This document shows positions 26,303-39,911 of a stretch of 64,000 nucleotides of DNA, piece by piece. How positions within the stretch are numbered: position 1 is the first letter of the stretch; each line of letters opens with the position of its first letter. The notes beneath the pieces were generated by a model. It searched no databases. It had not been told where the DNA came from and saw only the letters and a program-made list of their open reading frames with translations. A program made the translations under genes and the position numbers. The stretch comes from Mizuhopecten yessoensis (taxonomy: Eukaryota): NCBI RefSeq assembly GCF_002113885.1, contig NW_018408651.1:93579-157578 (forward strand). Reading direction: 5' to 3'.

Positions 26303-29300
26303 TCTCCGTACACGAGGGAAAGTCTAAGAGATGATAGGAGAATTTCCGTACACGAGGGAGAGTGTGGGAGATGATCGAAGAAGTCTCCGTACACGCCGGA
26401 GAGTGTGTGATATGATCAAAGAAGTCTCCGTACACGAGGGAGAGTGTGGGAGATGATCGAAGAAGTCTCCGTACACGAGGGAGAGTGTGAGAGATGATCG
26501 AAGAAGTCTCCGTACACGACGGAGAGTGTGAGAGATGATCGAAGCAGTCTCCGTACACGACGGAGAGTGTGTGATATGATCGAAGAAGTCTCCGTACACG
26601 ACGGAGAGTTTGGGAGATGAGCGAAGAAGTCTCCGTACACGACGGAGAGTGTGGGAGATGATCGAAGAGGTCTCCGTACACGAGGAGAAGTGTGTGATAT
26701 GATCGAAGAAGTCTCCGTACACGAGGGAGAGTGTGGAAGATGATCGAAGAAGTCTCCGTACACGAGGGACAGTGTGAGAGTTGATCGAAGAAGTCTCCGT
26801 ACACGAGGGAGAGTGTGTGATATGATCGAAGAAGTCTCCGTACACGACGGAGAGTCTGTGATATGATCGAAGAAGTCTCCGTACACGAAGGAGAGTTTGG
26901 GAGATGATCGAAGAAGTCTCCGTACACGACGGAGAGTGTGGGAGATGATCGAGGAAGTCTCCGTACACGAGGGAGAGTGTGGGAGATGAACGAAGAAGTC
27001 TCCGTACACGACGGAGAGTGTGTGAGATGATCGAAGAAATCTCCGTACACGAGGGAGAGTGTGGGAGATGATCGAAGAAGTCTCCGTACACGAAGGAGAG
27101 TTTGGGAGATGCTCGAAGAAGTCTCCGTACACGACGGAGAGGGTGGGAGATGATCGAGGAAGTCTCCGTACACGAGGGAGGGTGTGGGAGATGAACGAAG
27201 AAGTCTCCGTACACGAGGGAGAGTGTGAGAGATGATCGAAGCAGTCTCCGTACACGACGGAGAGTGTGGGAGTTGATCAAAAAAGTCTCCGTACACGAGG
27301 GAGAGTATTGGAGATGATCGAAGAAGTCTCCGTACACGACAGAGAGTGTGGGAGTTGATCAAAGAAGTCTCCGTACACGAGGGAGAGTATTGGAGATGAT
27401 CGAAGAAGTATCCGTACACGAGGGAGAGTCTGGGAGATGATCAAAGAAGTCTCAGTACACGAGGGAGAGTGGGGGAGATGAACGAAGAAGGTTCCGTACA
27501 CGAGGGAGACTTTTTTGATCAACCCCCACACTCTCCGTCGTGGACGGAGACTGCTTCGATCGTATGGGAGATGATCGGATAAGTATCAGTACCCGACGGA
27601 GAAGTTTTGGAGATGATCGAAGAAGCCTCCCTAGACGAGGGAGAGTCTGGGAGATGATCAAAGAAGTCTCAGTACACGAGGGAGAGTATGGGGGAGATGA
27701 TCGAAGAAGTCTACGTACACGAGGGAGAGTATGGGGGATGATCGGAGAAATCTCCGTACACGAGGGAAAGTCTAGGAGATGATCGAAGGAGTTTCCGTAC
27801 ACGAGGGAGAGTATGGGAGATAATCGAAGGATGAACGAAGAAGTCTCCGTACACGACGGAGAGTGTGGGAGGTGATCGAAGCAGTCTCCGTACACGACGG
27901 AGAGTGTGGGAGATGATCAAAAAAGTCTCCGTACACGAGGGAGAGTATTGGAGATGATCGAAGAAGTCTCCGTACACGAGGGAGAGTGTGGGAGATGATC
28001 GGATAAGTATCCGCACACGAGGGAGAGTGTGGGAGATGATCAAAGAAGTCTCCGTACACGAGGGAGAGTATGGGAGGTGATCGGATAAGTATCCGTACAC
28101 GAGGAGAAGTGTTGGAGATGATCGAAAAAGTCTCCGTACACGAGGGAGAGTGTGGGAGTTGATCGGATAAGTATCCGTACACGAGGGAGAGTATGGGAGA
28201 TGAACGAAGACGTCTCCGTACACGAGGGAGAGTGTGGGAGATGATCGAAGAAGTCTCCGTACACGGGGGAGAGGGATTGAGATGATCGAAGAAGTCTCTG
28301 TACACGAGGAGAAGTGTTGGAGATGATCGCCAAAGTCTCCGTACACGAGGGAGAGTGTGGGAGATGATCGGATAAGTATCCGTACACGAGGAGAAGTGTT
28401 GGAGATGATCGAAAAAGTCTCCGTACACGTGTGTGATATGATCGAAGAAGTCTCCGTACACGAGGGAGAGCATGGGAGATGATCGGAGAAATCTCCGTAC
28501 ACGACGGAGAGTGGAAGAGATGAACGAAGAAGTCTCCGTACACGACGGAGAGTGTGGGAGGTGATCGTAGCAGTCTCCGTACACGACGGAGAGTGTGGGA
28601 GATGATCGAAGAAGTCTCCGTACACGAGGGAGAGTGATTGAGATGATCGAAGAAGTCTCTGTACACGAGGAGAAGTGTTGGAGATGATCGACAAAGTCTC
28701 CGTACACGAGGGAGAGTGTGGGAGATGATAGGAGAAGTTTCCGTACACGAGGGAGAGTGTGAGAGATGAACGAGGAAATCTCCGTACACGAGGGAGAGTG
28801 TGAGAGATGATCGAAGAAATCTCCGTACACGAGGGAGAGTTTGGGAGATGATCGAAGAAGTCTCCGTACACGAGGGAGAGCTTGGGAGATGATCGAAGAA
28901 GTCTCCGTAAACGAGAGAAAGTCTAGGAGATGATCGAAGAAGTCACCGTACACGAAGGAGAGTGTAGGAGATGAATGAAGAAGTCTCCGTACACGACGGA
29001 GAGTTTGGGAGATGATCGAAGAAGTCTCCGTACACGAGGGAGAGTTTGGGAGATGATCGAAGAAGTCTCCGTACACGAGGGAAAGTCTAGGAGATGATCG
29101 AAGAAGTCTCCGTACACGAGGGAGAGTCTAGGAGATGATCGAAGGAGTTTCCGTACACGAGGGAGAGGCTAGGAGATGATCGAAGAAGTCTCCGTACACG
29201 AGGGAGAGTTTGGAAGACGATCGAAGAGGTCTCCGTACACGACGGAGAGTGTGTGATATGATCGAAGAAGTCTCCGTACACGAGGGAGAGTTTGGGAGAC

Positions 29301-29655
29301 GATCGAAGAGGTCTCCGTACACGACGGAGAGTGTGTGATATGATCGAAGAAGTCTCCGTACACGACGGAGAGTGTGGGAGATGAACGAAAAAGGCTCCGT
29401 ACACGAGGGAGAGCATGAGAGATGCTCGATGAAGTCTCCGTGCGCGAGGGAGAGTGTGGGAGATGAACAAAGAAGTTTCCGTACACGAGGGAGAGTATGA
29501 GAGATGATCGAAGAAGTCTCCGTGCGCGAGGGAGAGTGTGGGAGATGAACGAAGAAGGTTCCGTACACGAGGGAGAGTATGGGAGATGATCGAAGAAGTC
29601 TCCGTACACGAGGGAGAGTATGGGAGATGATCGAAGATGTTTCCGTACACGAGGG
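26303..29655. repeat. 41-bp minisatellite subfamily A (AGATGATCGAAGAAGTCTCCGTACACGAGGGAGAGTGTGGG), ~80 copies
   Basis: Direct reading. The consensus has no stop triplet on the minus strand, which explains the 250-430 aa ORFs in all three minus frames. Confidence 0.97.
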
Positions 29656-31386
29656 AGTGTATGATAGAGAGCCGCACAAGTCTGCGTAAACTAGGGAGAA
29701 CGTGATAGAGAGCCACACAAGTATTCGTAAACGAGGGAGAACGTCATAGCGAGCCACACAAGGATGCATAAACAAGGGAGTGCATGATAGAGAACCACAA
29801 AAGTCTGAGTAAACGAGGGAGTGTGTGATAGAGAACCGCACAAGTCTGCGTGAACAATGGAGTGTGTGATAGAGAACCGCACAAGTCTGCGTGAACGAGG
29901 GAGTGCATGATATAGGGTCAAATAAGTCTCCGAACACAAGGGAGAACGTGATAGAGAGCCACACAAGTATGCGTTAACCAGGAAGAACGTCATAGCGAGC
30001 CACACAAGGATGCATAAACAAGGGAGAACGTGATAGAGAACCACACAAGTCTGCGTGAACGAGGGAGAACGTGACAGAGAGCCACACAAATCTGCGTAAA
30101 CGAGGGATTGCATGCTCCCGGGTCAAATTAGTCTCCGAAAGAAAGGAAGAACTTGCTAGATAGCAGCACAAGTGTGCCTGAACGAGGGAGAACGTGATAG
30201 AGAGCCACACAAGTCTGCGTAAACGAGGGCGTATATGATAGAGAACCGCACAAGTCTGCTTAAATGAAGGAGAACGTGATAGAGAGCCACACAAGTCTGC
30301 GTAAATGAGGGAGTGCATGCTAGAGATCCACACAAGTCTGTGTAAACGAGGAAGAACGTGACAGAGAGCCGCACAAGTCTGCTTAAATGAGGGAGTGCAT
30401 GATAGAGAGCCGCACAAGTCTGCTTAAATGAGGGAGTGCATGATAGAAAGCCGCACAAGTCTGCGTAAATGAGGGAGTACATGCTTGAGATCCATACAAG
30501 TCTGCGTAAACGAGGGAGTGCATGCTAGAGCCGCACAAGTCTGCTTAAATGAGGGAGTGCATGATAGAGAGCCGCACAAGTCTGCTTAAATGAGGGAGTG
30601 CATGATAGAAAGCCGCACAAGTCTGCGTAAATGAGGGAGTGCATGCTAGAGATCCACACAAGTCTGCTTACACGAGGGAGAACGTGATAGAGAGCCACAC
30701 AAGTATGCGTAAACGAGGGAGAACGTCATAGCGAGCCACACAAGGATGCATAAACAAGGGAGAACGTGATAGAGAACCACACAAGTCTGCGTGAACGAGG
30801 GATTGGCTGCTCCCGGGTCAAATAAGTCTCCGAACGAAAGGAAGAACTTGCTAGATAGCAGCACAAGTGTGCCTGAACGAGGGAGAACGTGATAGAGAGC
30901 TACACAAGTCTGCGTAAACAAGGGAGAACGTGACAGAGAGTCACACAAATCTGCGTAAACCAGGGATTGGCTGCTCCCGGGTCAAATAAGTCTCCGAACG
31001 AAAGGAAGAACTTGCTAGATAGCAGCACAAGTGTGCCTGAACGAGGGAGAACGTGATAGAGAGCCACACAAGTCTGCGTAAACGAGGGAGAACGTGATAG
31101 AGAGCAACACAAGTCTACGTAAACGAGGGCGTGTATGATAGAGAACCGCACAAGTCTGCTTAAATGAGGGGGTGTATGATAGAGAGCCGCACAAGTCTGC
31201 TTAAATGAGGGAGTGCATGATAGAGAGCCGCACAAGCCTACGTAAACGAGAAAGTGTATGACAGAGAGCCGCACAAGTCTGCTTAAATGAGGGAGTGCAT
31301 GATAGAGAGCCAGACAAGTCTGTGTAAACGAGGGAGAACGTGATAGAGAGCCACACAAGTCTGCGTGAACGAGGGAGTGCATGATA
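29656..31386. repeat. 41-bp minisatellite subfamily B (GATAGAGAGCCACACAAGTCTGCGTAAACGAGGGAGAACGT), ~42 copies
   Basis: Same period as subfamily A and shares the AAGTCTSCGTAMACGAGGGAG core; abuts A in register. Confidence 0.95.
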
Positions 31387-32947
31387 AAGGATCGCATAAA
31401 TCTCTGTACATTAAGGTGAGCGTCACAGAGGACATTGAGCCTTTTCTATTAGATCTATATAAGCTACATGAACGATTGATACATGTAGTAAATCGTGGAA
31501 TGGAGATCAAAGAATACACTCATCTAATTATATAGCAAAAACCTGAATTGGAGGTTTAGGATTTGTACGACTTTTCTAGGTTTACAGAAAGTGTTGAGAC
31601 CGATGTAGGCGCACATTTCACGAATTAAATTCCTCCTTATAAAATCACCTTGAAAATTCTACTTTAGAATGTATTGTTATGGCACGCAATGCAGAGAGTC
31701 TGTTGGAATGTGGATGACGATCGCCTTTGTGTAATTGCTGCACCTTAACCTGCGGGGTAATTGCAGTCTTTATAAAAGAGAACACATGGCAATAAAGAAT
31801 AAAAAGATTTTTTAAAATGACTCCTGCCAATACCAATACTAGAGTAGGACACCCAATGTCTTTACATTCCTTCGTGGTGAATTATTAATATAAAAAAAGC
31901 TGAAATACTATTTTCGTGAAATTGAAATGTGTTTTGTTCTGTTTTTAAATTCAACATGTTTTTTTAGTGTAATTGATATGTTGTTGCCTGCGAATTTGCC
32001 ATGTCCTTTTAAAATAACTATTCGTGCGTGTTTATGTAATATATTCACGATTATTTTGTCTTGAATTACTGTAATTTTGTCAGATCTGTATTGCATTTGT
32101 ACGATACATTGTGTAAGACTATCCCGCGGGTCTCTCATACTGACCATATGTCCATCCCAAGACGTTCCTGTTGAGAGGAAAACGTCATCAGCTAATGTGT
32201 TATTCCTTGATGTATGATTCACTACCGGCTGAAAGCAATATCGGAATAAGCCGAACAGAACGTAAAACTTTGTAACGCAATAAAGCCGAGGGGTTCGAAA
32301 TGAACCGCTAGTACGGAAGCTATCGAAAAGCGATATCTGAGACACAACAGTTGGAACCTCTTTGTCTTTGCCAATGTTTTATCACGAAACCAGAAAAACA
32401 ATATGTGTGATGCTATCTTTAAAACTCAGTCAGCTTGCGAACGAAACGTATATTTAGATAATCAAAGAAGACAAAAGGCCAATTGATCGTAACAAATATA
32501 TTGGTTTCATTATAGAACATGTAAAATGTTTAAGTTCAAATTTAACAACAGTACAACTCAGAATAAAAAGACTCACAATAACAATCAACCGTCTCCGGAG
32601 ATACATATAATTTGTTTAGGATGCCTAACAGTTGATGGCTGGTTTAGCACGTAGATAGGCATGAAGTGGCACAGCGGACAGATAACCCATAAATTGTTTA
32701 TTTTATTGCCGGTATACGATTCCAACAAGGTATTCATTACTTTTTACGATTGGCACAGCTAAGTACAAAGGTACTGATTCTAAATTCTACCTGGCACTAA
32801 ACCAAAATTTTCCTGACAGTTCACCACGATACAAAAATAATGACGACTGTCGGGAAAGGGTTAGGTTACATCATCAAATATTCCCTGAGTTTTAACAATG
32901 TACCTAATCGTGTCAATGTACCTATCGTCCTCATCATAACAGTGTAA

Positions 32948-33341
32948 ATTAATTACCTGGATTACTGGGACCATATTTCGGGGTACATTAATTACCTGGA
33001 TTACTGGGACCATATTTCGGGGTACATTAATTACATGGATTACTGGGACCATATTTCGGGGTACATTAATTACCTGGATTACTGTGACCATATTTCGGGG
33101 TACATTAATTACCTGGATTACTGGGACCATATTTCGGGGTACATTAATTACCTGGATTACTGGGACCATATTTCGGGGTACATTAATTACCTGGATAACG
33201 GGGACCATATTTCGGGGTACATTAAGTATATAATTACCTAGATTACTGGGAACATATTTCGGGGTACACTAATTACCTGGATTACTGTGACCATATTTCG
33301 AAGTACATTAATTACCTGGATTACTGGGACCATATTTCGGG
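32948..33341. repeat. 39-bp minisatellite (ATTAATTACCTGGATTACTGGGACCATATTTCGGGGTAC), ~10 copies
   Basis: Direct reading. Confidence 0.97.
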
Positions 33342-35224
33342 TTGTTGATTACGGTTCGCATCTCCAAAAGGCAATGACATCGGATGTTAGACACGACAGG
33401 TTGATAATCCATCCGGTCACGTGTTTTTGACAAGAGGTACCCATGAAGACATCTGGTCACGTGTTTCTGACAAAAGGCCAACAAGAGGTACCCAGGGAGA
33501 CACTGATGGATTTCCACAACAGGTCAGGAGCAAAGCAGCAAAGTAGTGCAAAATGTGGTTGGGGGGAGGGGGGCAGTAAAAGGGTGCAAAGTGTTGTTGT
33601 TGTTGTTGTTGGGGGGGGGGGNNNNNNNNNNNNNNNNNNNNNNNNNNNNGGGGGGGGCAGTAGAAATGAAAACATCATAGTATGTGGGAGAAAGCTAACA
33701 GTTTTAGGGTGTTATAGTAACACAAGGTTCACGTCCAGGGTGTATGGAGTGATGTTTGTAATATATATACTGATAAGGGATTCAATGGAGTAGTGATGTA
33801 AGCACTTCCGAATACTTAACAAATGATTGGAGATTCTACTCCAAATAATCACCAACTAATCATTGGCAATGATAACACTGTCCTCATGCTGCACTCAATG
33901 ACTGGTGGCAAGACTATCTAATTAAACATTGATTTGATGTTTATGCGATGTTGATTACGGCCGTATTTTGATAGGGGCGGTTTTGTTATCAAAGAGACAT
34001 CTGATGCGCGGGTTGGTTGCGGATCGGCCGTCTCCGCTGAAATATACAAGATTTGATACCATGGCTTTCAGATTGATTTGCAATTTTTATGTACATTCAT
34101 CTTAATAGCCCTGTCACTTGAGGAAATACGATCCACGACACATGGACCTCATTTGGAAAGTGTTATTCCAATTACAGAGTTTCAATTTCAGCGATTTATT
34201 CCTAGATACAAAAGTGAGAGAGGACATGTAAACCGATACTTAAACAACACTCTGGGGGAGCAAAATGAATTAACAACCAGCCTTTTCTATCGGATAATTA
34301 AGTGTACACGCCATAGTATACTATAGTGTAGCCGTAGTATTAGCTCCAAACACTCTTTCTACATATGTGTGTGCAACACTCTTTACAAGCTTGGTTTACA
34401 TGTCACAATACGATTTAGTGTAATATAGCAAGCATATTTACATAAAATACACTTCCTGTAAAGAAATAAGAATGAATCCGGATTCTTGTACAGATTTGTG
34501 CTGTTTATCAACTTAGTATAAGGCCACGATTTGATACCCAGGAGTCTAACAGCGTTGATAAACATTCATAGTGATACTTGCCCATTGGCTTCTTTGCCGG
34601 ATTTTGCTGTTTTTAGTATGGTGGGTATCAACTGTTTTTAGTATGGTGGGTATCAACTGTTGAGCAGAGCAAATACACATGGTTGACGGGGTGAGGGAAG
34701 GCTGTGATAGCGTCTCCACATTTTGATTTTGGTCTCTCATCTGTTCCTTTGTCCCGACTTTGGTTCCGTAGTTTTCCTGTGTTGTACTCTTGTGATTTAT
34801 TTTGCTTCGTCATTACTGCCCGAACCAAAGTATACTGTAGCGTGTAAGAATGGGTAGGGAACGTGATATTTATTATTTACAGTGATACTGTAAAGGTTAA
34901 AGGTATGGTTTAAATAATTTAACGTTGTCAAGAGACAACTCTGAATGAAGCAGAAGTAGTTAAAATATCAAGGTGATGAGGAATATTTTATTCATTTGAT
35001 AAGAAGATAAATTTAAAAGGATTCGTAGCACGTAAATTCAACATTTTAAATCATTGAGGTATTCCTACCCGAACTTTGATCTATTTTCATATTTTACAAA
35101 CGTAACCATGACTGACACATTTCTACTCAACGACCCCGTAATCAACGTAGAGATGGAATGAAATAGCGAGAAATAACGGCAGTATTGTTATGATACACGG
35201 TTTAGTAACCGTAAGTGTATATTG

Positions 35225-38200
35225 ATATACATGTACATTTTTTAGCTAACAGCCAATATCAGTACTATTGTTCTACATGTTTAAATTAACAGTCAATATC
35301 AATAGTATTGTTTTACGTGTGTTTAAGTTAACAGTCAATAACAGTAGTATTGCTATACATGTTTAATTAACAGTCAATAACAGTACTATTGTTATATATG
35401 TTTTAGTTAACAGTCAATGACAGTACTATTGTTAAACATGTTTAAGTTAACAGTCAATAACAGTAGTATTGTTTTATATGTTTAGATTAACAGTCAAGAA
35501 CAGTAGTATTGTTATACATGTTTAAGTTAACAGTCAATAACAGTACTATTGTTATATATGTTTAAGTTAACAGTCAATAACAGTAGTATTGTTTTATATG
35601 TTTAGATTAACAGTCAAGAACAGTAGTATTGTTATACATGTTTAAGTTAACAGTCAATAACAGTACTATTGTTATATATGTTTAAGTTAACAGTCAAGAA
35701 CAGTAGTATTGTTATATATGTTTAAGTTAACAGTCAATAACAGTAGTATTGTTCTACATGTTTAAGTTAACAGCCAATACCAGTACTATTGTTATACATG
35801 TTTAAGTTAACAGTCAATAACAGTAGTATTGTTATATATGTTTAAATTAACAGTCAATAACAGTAGTATTGTTATATATGTTTAAGTTAACAGTCAATAA
35901 CAGTAGTATTGTTATACATGTTTAAGTTAACAGTCAATAACAGTAGTATTGTTATATATGTTTAAGTTAACAGTCAATAACAGTAGTATTGTTATACATG
36001 TTTAAGTTAACAGTCAATAACAGTAGTATTGTTATATATGTTTAAGTTAACAGTCAATAACAGTAGTATTGTTATACATGTTTAAGTTAACAGTCAATAA
36101 CAGTAGTATTGTTATACATGTTTAAGTTAACAGTCAATAACAGTAGTATTGTTATATATGTTTAAGTTAACAGTCAATAACAGTAGTATTGTTATACATG
36201 TTTAAGTTAACAGTCAATAACAGTAGTATTGTTATACATGTTTAAGTTAACAGTCAATAACAGTAGTATTGTTATATATGTTTAAGTTAACAGTCAATAA
36301 CAGTAGTATTGTTATACATGTTTAAGTTAACAGTCAATAACAGTAGTATTGTTATACATGTTTAAGTTAACAGTCAATAACAGTAGTATTGTTATATATG
36401 TTTAAGTTAACAGTCAATAACAGTAGTATTGTTATACATGTTTAAGTTAACAGTCAATAACAGTAGTATTGTTATACATGTTTAAGTTAACAGTCAATAA
36501 CAGTAGTATTGTTATATATGTTTAAGTTAACAGTCAATAACAGTAGTATTGTTATACATGTTTAAGTTAACAGTCAATAACAGTAGTATTGTTATACATG
36601 TTTAAGTTAACAGTCAATAACAGTAGTATTGTTATATATGTTTAAGTTAACAGTCAATAACAGTAGTATTGTTATACATGTTTAAGTTAACAGTCAATAA
36701 CAGTAGTATTGTTATACATGTTTAAGTTAACAGTCAATAACAGTAGTATTGTTATACATGTTTAAGTTAACAGTCAATAACAGTAGTATTGTTATATATG
36801 TTTAAATTAACAGTCAATAACAGTAGTATTGTTATACATGTTTAAGTTAACAGTCAATAACAGTAGTATTGTTATACATGTTTAAGTTAACAGTCAATAA
36901 CAGTAGTATTGTTATATATGTTTAAGTTAACAGTCAATAACAGTAGTATTGTTATACATGTTTAAGTTAACAGTCAATAACAGTAGTATTGTTATACATG
37001 TTTAAGTTAACAGTCAATAACAGTAGTATTGTTATATATGTTTAAGTTAACAGTCAATAACAGTAGTATTGTTATACATGTTTAAGTTAACAGTCAATAA
37101 CAGTAGTATTGTTATACATGTTTAAGTTAACAGTCAATAACAGTAGTATTGTTATATATGTTTAAGTTAACAGTCAATAACAGTAGTATTGTTATTCGTG
37201 TATTTAAGTTAACAGTCAATAACAGTAGTATTGTTATATATGTTTAAGTTAACAGTCAATAACAGTAGTATTGTTATTCGTGTATTTAAGTTAACAGTCA
37301 ATAACAGTAGTATTGTTATATATGTTTAAGTTAACAGTCAATAACAGTAGTATTGTTATTCGTGTATTTAAGTTAACAGTCAATAACAGTAGTATTGTTA
37401 TATATGTTTAAGTTAACAGTCAATAACAGTAGTATTGTTATTCGTGTATTTAAGTTAACAGTCAATAACAGTAGTATTGTTATATATGTTTAAGTTAACA
37501 GTCAATAACAGTAGTATTGTTATTCGTGTATTTAAGTTAACAGTCAATAACAGTAGTATTGTTATATATGTTTAAGTTAACAGTCAATAACAGTAGTATT
37601 GTTATTCGTGTATTTAAGTTAACAGTCAATAACAGTAGTATTGTTATATATGTTTAAGTTAACAGTCAATAACAGTAGTATTGTTATTCGTGTATTTAAG
37701 TTAACAGTCAATAACAGTAGTATTGTTATATATGTTTAAGTTAACAGTCAATAACAGTAGTATTGTTATTCGTGTATTTAAGTTAACAGTCAATAACAGT
37801 AGTATTGTTATATATGTTTAAGTTAACAGTCAATAACAGTAGTATTGTTATTCGTGTATTTAAGTTAACAGTCAATAACAGTAGTATTGTTATATATGTT
37901 TAAGTTAACAGTCAATAACAGTAGTATTGTTATTCGTGTATTTAAGTTAACAGTCAATAACAGTAGTATTGTTATATATGTTTAAGTTAACAGTCAATAA
38001 CAGTAGTATTGTTATTCGTGTATTTAAGTTAACAGTCAATAACAGTAGTATTGTTATATATGTTTAAGTTAACAGTCAATAACAGTAGTATTGTTATTCG
38101 TGTATTTAAGTTAACAGTCAATAACAGTAGTATTGTTATATATGTTTAAGTTAACAGTCAATAACAGTAGTATTGTTATTCGTGTATTTAAGTTAACAGT

Positions 38201-39715
38201 CAATAACAGTAGTATTGTTATATATGTTTAAGTTAACAGTCAATAACAGTAGTATTGTTATTCGTGTATTTAAGTTAACAGTCAATAACAGTAGTATTGT
38301 TATATATGTTTAAGTTAACAGTCAATAACAGTAGTATTGTTATATATGTTTAAGTTAACAGTCAATAACAGTAGTATTGTTCTACATGTTTTAGTTAACA
38401 GTCAATAACAGTACTATTGTTATATATGTTTTAGTTAACAGTCAATAACAGTAGTATTGTTCTACATGTTTTAGTTAACAGTCAATATCAGTACTATTGT
38501 TTTACGTGTGTTTAAGTTAACAGTCAATAGCAGTAGTATTGTTATACATGTTTAAGTTAACAGTCAATATCAGTAGTATCGTTATATATGTTTAAATTAA
38601 CAGTCAATAACAGTAGTATTGTTATATATGTTTAAGTTAACAGTCAATAACATTAGTATTGTTATACATGTTTAAGTTAACAGTCAATAAGAGTAGTATT
38701 GTTATATATGTTTAAGTTAACAGTCAATAACAGTAGTATTGTTATATATGTTTAAATTTACAGTCAATAACAGTAGTATTGTTCTACATGTTTAAGTTAA
38801 CAGTCAATAACAGTTCTATTGTTACACATGTTTAAGTTAACAGTCAATGACAGTACTATTGTTAAACATGTTTAAGTTAACAGTCAATAACAGTAGTATT
38901 GTTATATATGTTTAGGTTAACAGTCAATAACAGTAGTATTGTTATACATGTTTAAGTTAACAGTCAATATCAGTAGTATTGTTTTATATGTTTTAGTTAA
39001 CAGTCAATATCAGTACTATTGTTATGCATATGTAAGTAAGCAGTCAATAACGGTATTATTGTTATACGTGTGTTTAAGTTAACAGTCAAGAACAGTAGTA
39101 TTGTTATATATGTTTAGGTTAACAGTCAATAACAGTAGTATTGTTATATATGTTTAAGTTTACAGTCAATAACAGTAGTATTGTTATACATGTATAAGTT
39201 AAGAGTCAATAACAGTAGTATTGTTATATATGTTTAAATTAACAGTCAATAACAGTAGTATTGCTATATATGTTTAAGTTAACAGTCAATAACAGTAGTA
39301 TTGTTTTATATATTTAAGTTAACAGTCATTAGCAGTAGTATTGTTATATATGTTTAAGTTAACAGTCAATAACAGTACTATTGTTATATATGTTTAAGTT
39401 AATAGTCAATAACAGTAGTATTGTTTTATATATTTAAGTTAACAGTCATTAGCAGTAGTATTGTTATAAATGTTTCAGTTAACAGTCAATAGCAGTAGTA
39501 TTGTTATACATGTTTAAATTAACAGTCAATAACCGTACTATTGTTATATATGTTTAAGTTAACAGGCAATAACAGTACTATTGTTATATATGTTTAAGTT
39601 AACAGTCAATAACAGTACTATTGTTTTACGTGATTTAGTTTACAGTCAATAACAGTACTATTGGTTTATATGTTTTAGTTAACAGTCAATAACAGTACTA
39701 TTGTTTTACGTGTTT
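35225..39715. repeat. 40-bp AT-rich minisatellite (GTTAACAGTCAATAACAGTAGTATTGTTATAYATGTTTAA), ~110 copies, with higher-order zones
   Basis: Direct reading. Trimeric 120-bp pattern ~35960-37190; 82-bp (40+42) dimers 37195-38270. Confidence 0.98.
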
Positions 39716-39911
39716 TATTGACCTACATTTTTTTTGTAAGGGATAAGGAAGTGTCGTATGTCACTCTGTAATACAAAGTCAATTGTCACTGACACCCAAA
39801 CCTAACGACTTTCTGTTGGGCAATAAAAGAAGCACATTGAACACGATTGTTCATTAATCTGACTTGAAGGATGTCTTTTGCTCGGGAGGCACTGAACAAA
39901 TCACAATAAAT

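Noticed and set aside
26235-31397. Overlapping 100-434 aa minus-strand ORFs
   Set aside because: The 41-bp unit lacks minus-strand stops and cycles through frames, so all three frames give the same peptide. Repeat artefact.
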